Assembly: GCF_964355755.1 (NCBI RefSeq)
Contig: NC_092671.1
Span: 9,734,001 to 9,798,000, forward strand
Source of the DNA: Antedon mediterranea
Taxonomy: Eukaryota > Animalia > Echinodermata
Length of the DNA: 64,000 bases
Reading direction: 5' to 3'
The position numbers were made by a program, and so were the translations under genes. Shown here in pieces: positions 63,670-64,000 of this stretch (position 1 is its first letter; every line of letters starts with the position of its first letter). The notes beneath the pieces were generated by a model. The model was not told the DNA's origin. It saw nothing but the letters and a program-made list of their open reading frames with translations, and ran no database searches.

Positions 63670-64000
63670 CCATAAACCACCATATCCCATAAACCACCTC
63701 GTCCCATTAATCACCTCGTCCCATTAACCACCTCGTCCCATAAACCACCTCATCCCATAAACCACCACGTCCCATTAACCACCTCGTCCCATAAACCACA
63801 TTGTCCCATAAACCACCTCATCCCATAAACCACCTCGTCTTATAAAACCACCTCTTTCCATGAACCACCTTATCCCATAAACCCCTTCTTCCCATTAACC
63901 ACTTCTTTCCATAAACCACCTCATCCCATAAGCCACCTCATCCCATAAACCACTTTTTCCCATAAACCACTTCTTCCCATAAACCACCTCATCCCATAAA
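63670..64000. repeat. 17-bp minisatellite (cccataaaccacctcrt), ~19 copies, runs off the window
   Basis: Read directly from the sequence. Confidence 0.93.

Overview
AT-rich, intron-rich animal genomic DNA, probably from an invertebrate deuterostome such as an echinoderm (inferred from the Deu-domain SINE, gene structure and TAGGCCTA enrichment; not proven). I reconstructed eight spliced genes by hand from GT/GC-AG boundaries and frame continuity. (1) A probably secreted TSP1-TSPN(LamG)-mucin-TSP1x2-EGFx6-EMI mosaic protein (+). (2) A p24-gamma cargo receptor, TMED7/TMED3-like (-), head-to-head with (3) proteasome PSMB4 (+). (4) An atypical filamin-like protein with one CH domain and only two Ig repeats around ~900 disordered residues (-). 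(5) An ER membrane two-thioredoxin-fold protein ending KKSK (-). (6) A Sec23-type Zn-finger/vWA protein, CPRas1-like, 5' end beyond the window (-). Its 11-kb intron hosts (7, 8) two antisense nested IRS/DOK-type PTB adaptor genes and a 67-bp G-quadruplex minisatellite. Repeats include Harbinger-, pogo-, hAT- and Kolobok-like MITEs, tRNA-derived SINEs, LINE 3' ends, a Penelope-type hairpin with a degenerate hammerhead ribozyme, and several tiny CA..TG palindromes with 7-8 bp duplications that look like P-element excision footprints. No CRISPR array or prokaryotic system is present.
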